From an uncultured virus (IMG/VR IMGVR_UViG_2675903165_000002) (taxonomy: Duplodnaviria > Heunggongvirae > Uroviricota > Caudoviricetes): a stretch of 20,000 bases of DNA. Positions 16,219-20,000 of the stretch are shown here, in pieces (positions within the stretch are counted from its first letter, which is position 1; each line of letters opens with the position of its first letter). Under the pieces are notes generated by a model, which saw only the letters and a list, made by a program, of their open reading frames with translations, was not told the DNA's origin and searched no databases. A program made the position numbers and the translations under genes. The stretch lies in IMG/VR virus record IMGVR_UViG_2675903165_000002. One strand, 5' to 3'.

Positions 16219-19200
16219 ATGGCCTCTACCACTCAAGCACAATCACAGATTACCGTTATCACTGATGCCAAACAAAGCATCAATGAGTTAGGACGGCTGC
16301 AACTCAAAGCCGCCGATTTTGCCAAAGAAATCAAAGACTCCAAAAAGAGCTTTGATGAGTTCAATCGCTCCAGTACAGCCCTTTCCCGCATGGGCGAAGG
16401 CATCAAACGCCTTAGCATAGAAGCCGCTCAATTCAAGCAGGCAATGACCGCCAACAAAACGGCTGCCGAGCAATTCAGCAAGTCCACTGCTGATTTGGGC
16501 AAAGTAAACACCGAGCTAAAAAACCTCAAAAGCCAAGCCGCCGAACTCCGTACCGCCATCAAAGGTATGAAAGAAGGCACGGAGGAATACGCACGCGAAA
16601 ACGACAAGCTCACGGCCATCAAAACCAAAATAGAGTCCCTGAAGACTTCGGCCACGGCACTCAAAGCCCAAATGCTTGAGTCGAAAAATGCGGCCAAAGA
16701 CTTTGATAAAGCCAATGCAGGATTAGACAAAACGAATGCCACTTTAACCAAACTCACGGCCAAAGCCGATGACTTGGCAGCCGCTACGCTTCGAGCCAAA
16801 GCCGAAGCCGACAAATACAGTGCCGCCAAAGAAGGCTTTAAAGCCGTCAATGCTGAAATAGACAAGGAGCGCGAAAAATTGGGCGTGCTGGGCATGACCA
16901 TGAACCAAATGCTCAAGTACCAGAAGGATTTGAACGCGGCCATCAATACAGGAGCAGTCTATGGAACAGAACGCTACCAACAACTAAACACGAAACTTGT
17001 AGAGGTTAATGGCGCGATTCAGCAGCAGAAAAATGACCAAAAACGCTTGCAACAGGAAACAGGTCTTACTGTTGGTTCATTGCGAGAACTGGAAGAACAA
17101 GAAAAGCGATTAAACGCTGAGATTAAGAATTTAGGCATCAATACGAAAGAATTTGCGGCCAAAGCCCGCGAGCTTCGCACCGTAGAAAGCCAAATCAGTT
17201 CGGCAGAAAATAAACTCAAAGGTTTTGCGGGTTCGTGGGCAAACATGAAAAACAGCATCATGAATGTGGCGGGTGGTGTTATTGGTGGTACGCTGGCCTT
17301 GTCTGCTTTTCAGAAGTTGGCCGAGTTTATCCCCAACCTCATTTCTTCACAAGCCAAACTCTCGGACAGTTTCGCCGACATTCGCAAAACTACGAACATG
17401 AGCATTGAGGGCGTGAAGGAGTATAACAAACAACTTTCCCAACTCAATACCCGCACGGCCACCGAAGAGCTACGCAAAATTTCCATTATCGCAGGTCAGT
17501 TGGGCATAGACCAAACAAAGGTGTTTGATTTTACGGCTGCCGTTGATAAAATGGTCGTGGCTCTTGGTGATGAATTTACAGGCGGTGCGGAACAAATCAC
17601 CAAAGAAATGGGTGCGTTGCGCAACATCTTTTCCGACATCAAAACAGATAAAATTGATGAGGATATGTTACGCATCGGCAACGCCATCAATCAATTGGGT
17701 AGCGAAGGCGCAGCGACAGGGCCAGTAATGGCGGACTTCGCTTCGCGTATCGGTGGCGTTGGGGTTCAATTAGGATTGAGTTCTGGGCAAATATTGGGGC
17801 TTTCGGCCACCCTTCAGGAGTTGAACGTAAACGCCGAGCGTGGCGGTACGGCCATCGTTAAAATTTTACAACGCATGGCCTCGACACCAGAGGAGTTTGC
17901 CAAAGTTGCCCAAATGTCCGCCAAGTCCTTTACCGAACTCGTGGACAATGACATTTACGGAGCTTTGACCAGAGTCATTGAAAAGGCCAATGAATCAGGG
18001 GCAAGTGCTACGGTTTTAGCTTCTATCCTCAAAGAACTGGACGTGGACGGAGCAGGCGCAAGTGAGGTGTTTGCCAAACTTGGCGGAAATATGGATACGT
18101 TGGCCAAGAAAGTGGCCAGTTCCAACAGCGCGTTGAAAAGTACCGATTCCATCATGAACGAGTTTGGCATCAAAAACGAAAACTTTGCAGCCAAACTCGA
18201 AAAGTTGAGCAAGGCCATCAGCAAAATGTTCACGTTCCCAACGCTCAATAAAGCCATTGAAGATACCGTCGGTTGGCTGTATAAGTTACTGCCCGCCACC
18301 GAAAAATTTAGTGCTTCTCTCGAAAAAGAAGCCTACAATTTGGATAGTGCAACCATTGGCATCATGAGCCTCAAGGTAGGCACGGAAGAGCGCACCAGAG
18401 CCATCAAGGAATTGCAAGACAAATACCCCGACTATTTGGGTAATCTCAACGCCGAAACCGTCTCTAATGCCGAGCTGAAAAAATCCATTGACAACGTAAC
18501 CAATTCGCTCATTGAGCAAATTATTATCAAAAAGGCAATGGAAAAAGTGGACGAGCAAGCCAACAAAGCAGCAGAAGCCTACGCCAATTTGATGGAAAAA
18601 CGCAGAGTGGTACAAGACCGTCTCAATGATTATTTCAATCAAGAAAAAGGCAATACCGAAAAACACAATCAGTTACAATCTATTAAAAATCAGCTCATGG
18701 CTTCGGGAATGAGCTTGGAAAAACAATACGAGTTCATTCAGAGCGGACGTGTAAAAGAATTGCCGCGTTGGGGCGATGCTTATCATGAATTGGCTGGTTC
18801 TGTCATGTATTTGCGAATAGCCGAACAAGACTACAACAAGGAAGCAGAAAAAACACTTCAGTTTGAAAAAGAACGAACTGAAGTATATAAATCACTTGGC
18901 CGTAATGCCAATGGTGAAACCCCCGCCGAGATTGCCGCCCGCAAAAAAGCGGAAGAAGATGCCAAAAGGAAAGAAGAGGAGGACAAGTTAAAAGCCGCAG
19001 CCGCCCGTAAAAAAGCCCGTGAGGAGGCCGAGAAAAAAGAGCGTGATGACAACGCCAAAAAGAACAAGGCCGAAGCCGAAAAACGCGCCAAAGAAGCGTT
19101 GGAGGCAGAGCGTAAAATCATTGATTTACGTCTTAACCTGCTCAAAGATGAGCGCGAGCGCAAACGAGCCATTGCCACAGAGGAAAATCGCCGAGAAATC

Positions 19201-20000
19201 CAAGACTTTAAAATGTCAGCAGAAGACAAAGCCAAGCTATCTAAAACCGAGCGAGCCAAACGTAATGCGCAAGAGACAGCATTTGAAAAGCTATCTAAAC
19301 GAAAACTTGATGAAGAGCTGCACCAAATAGACACCGAGTATTACGAGAAAGCCCGCGAAGCCTACGAGAAGTTGCAAAAGGAAAAAGTAGAAGCCGCCAA
19401 GAAAGCCAAGCAACAGGAGTTGGACGATGCGACGGCCTTTGCAGAATTGCAAGTGCTTGTAACGCAAAAGGATACCGATGTGATGGGCTTTGAGGTGCAG
19501 AAAAGCGAAGGCATTATCCGAGAGCTAAAACGCCGAAAATACGCCGAGCTTGAAAACACCGAACTCACACAGGAGCAACGCCTTGCCATTACACAACGCT
19601 ATGACAAACAAATCAATGCGGTAGAAGTGGCAGGCCGTGCCACCAACGTAGAGGCACAAATCGGGCTACTCAATATCCAAATGCAAAAAGAGTTGGCCAA
19701 AGAGGAGCTGACTGAGAATGAAAAATATAACATTCAGGCCAAGTACATCGACAAAATCAACCAACTTCTTGACGAGCAGGAAAAACAGGAACAGGAGAAT
19801 ATTAAAAACAAGGTCATTGGTTTTGTAGATGCCTTCAAAACCATCATGGAAGGCATTAATGAACTCAATGCCATTGAAATTGATAATCAGTTCATTGAGC
19901 TTGATAAACTCAAGCAATACCAAGACCAGCAATACGAGAACAACAAGCAGCGATTAGGCAACCAGCTTGCGCAAGAAGAGGCCGCCAAAAATGCCCGTTT
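16219..20000 (+). CDS. Phage tail tape measure protein (TP901-like core), >1260 aa, runs off the window
   Basis: My translation from ATG 16219: MASTTQAQSQITVITDAKQSINELGRLQ..., coiled-coil N-terminus, core LSDSFADIRKTTNM...LNTRTATEELRKISIIAGQLGI...FTAAVDKMVVALGDEF, K/E/A-rich later part. Absent from the ORF track, consistent with no stop inside the window; many antisense shadow ORFs. Confidence 0.9.
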   Translation, partial: MASTTQAQSQITVITDAKQSINELGRLQLKAADFAKEIKDSKKSFDEFNRSSTALSRMGEGIKRLSIEAAQFKQAMTANKTAAEQFSKSTADLGKVNTELKNLKSQAAELRTAIKGMKEGTEEYARENDKLTAIKTKIESLKTSATALKAQMLESKNAAKDFDKANAGLDKTNATLTKLTAKADDLAAATLRAKAEADKYSAAKEGFKAVNAEIDKEREKLGVLGMTMNQMLKYQKDLNAAINTGAVYGTERYQQLNTKLVEVNGAIQQQKNDQKRLQQETGLTVGSLRELEEQEKRLNAEIKNLGINTKEFAAKARELRTVESQISSAENKLKGFAGSWANMKNSIMNVAGGVIGGTLALSAFQKLAEFIPNLISSQAKLSDSFADIRKTTNMSIEGVKEYNKQLSQLNTRTATEELRKISIIAGQLGIDQTKVFDFTAAVDKMVVALGDEFTGGAEQITKEMGALRNIFSDIKTDKIDEDMLRIGNAINQLGSEGAATGPVMADFASRIGGVGVQLGLSSGQILGLSATLQELNVNAERGGTAIVKILQRMASTPEEFAKVAQMSAKSFTELVDNDIYGALTRVIEKANESGASATVLASILKELDVDGAGASEVFAKLGGNMDTLAKKVASSNSALKSTDSIMNEFGIKNENFAAKLEKLSKAISKMFTFPTLNKAIEDTVGWLYKLLPATEKFSASLEKEAYNLDSATIGIMSLKVGTEERTRAIKELQDKYPDYLGNLNAETVSNAELKKSIDNVTNSLIEQIIIKKAMEKVDEQANKAAEAYANLMEKRRVVQDRLNDYFNQEKGNTEKHNQLQSIKNQLMASGMSLEKQYEFIQSGRVKELPRWGDAYHELAGSVMYLRIAEQDYNKEAEKTLQFEKERTEVYKSLGRNANGETPAEIAARKKAEEDAKRKEEEDKLKAAAARKKAREEAEKKERDDNAKKNKAEAEKRAKEALEAERKIIDLRLNLLKDERERKRAIATEENRREIQDFKMSAEDKAKLSKTERAKRNAQETAFEKLSKRKLDEELHQIDTEYYEKAREAYEKLQKEKVEAAKKAKQQELDDATAFAELQVLVTQKDTDVMGFEVQKSEGIIRELKRRKYAELENTELTQEQRLAITQRYDKQINAVEVAGRATNVEAQIGLLNIQMQKELAKEELTENEKYNIQAKYIDKINQLLDEQEKQEQENIKNKVIGFVDAFKTIMEGINELNAIEIDNQFIELDKLKQYQDQQYENNKQRLGNQLAQEEAAKNAR

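Noticed and set aside
16233..19932. Numerous short ORFs over the right end
   Set aside because: Antisense or off-frame shadows of the long tape measure frame.

Overview
Accessory region, probably from a Bacteroidota genome (inferred from the Mpi-family invertase and the arm-domain integrase type). It has four parts. (1) 1-9983: a restriction-modification-like operon (PLD-SNF2 helicase, YhcG/DUF1016 nuclease, large N6-adenine methyltransferase with C-terminal TRD). Its specificity end is a shufflon: a silent inverted alternative C-terminus (7494-9289) bounded by a perfect 19-bp inverted repeat, a nested perfect 284-bp inverted repeat, and an adjacent Mpi-family serine invertase. An IS5/IS1031-group element (TAA duplication) interrupts the silent allele. 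(2) 10161-11399: a tyrosine integrase. (3) 11978-~16100: divergent from the integrase, an integron-like array of four single-gene cassettes. Three are bracketed by cassette-specific GTT.../...AAC inverted ends, and the cassettes are separated by ~120-135 bp attC-like elements; cargo looks defence-related (nucleotide cyclase-like, TIR, TM plus beta-rich, HEPN-like). (4) 16219 to the end: a phage tape measure gene missed by the ORF track. The integron-like array without a canonical IntI and the invertible MTase-TRD are the most notable systems.
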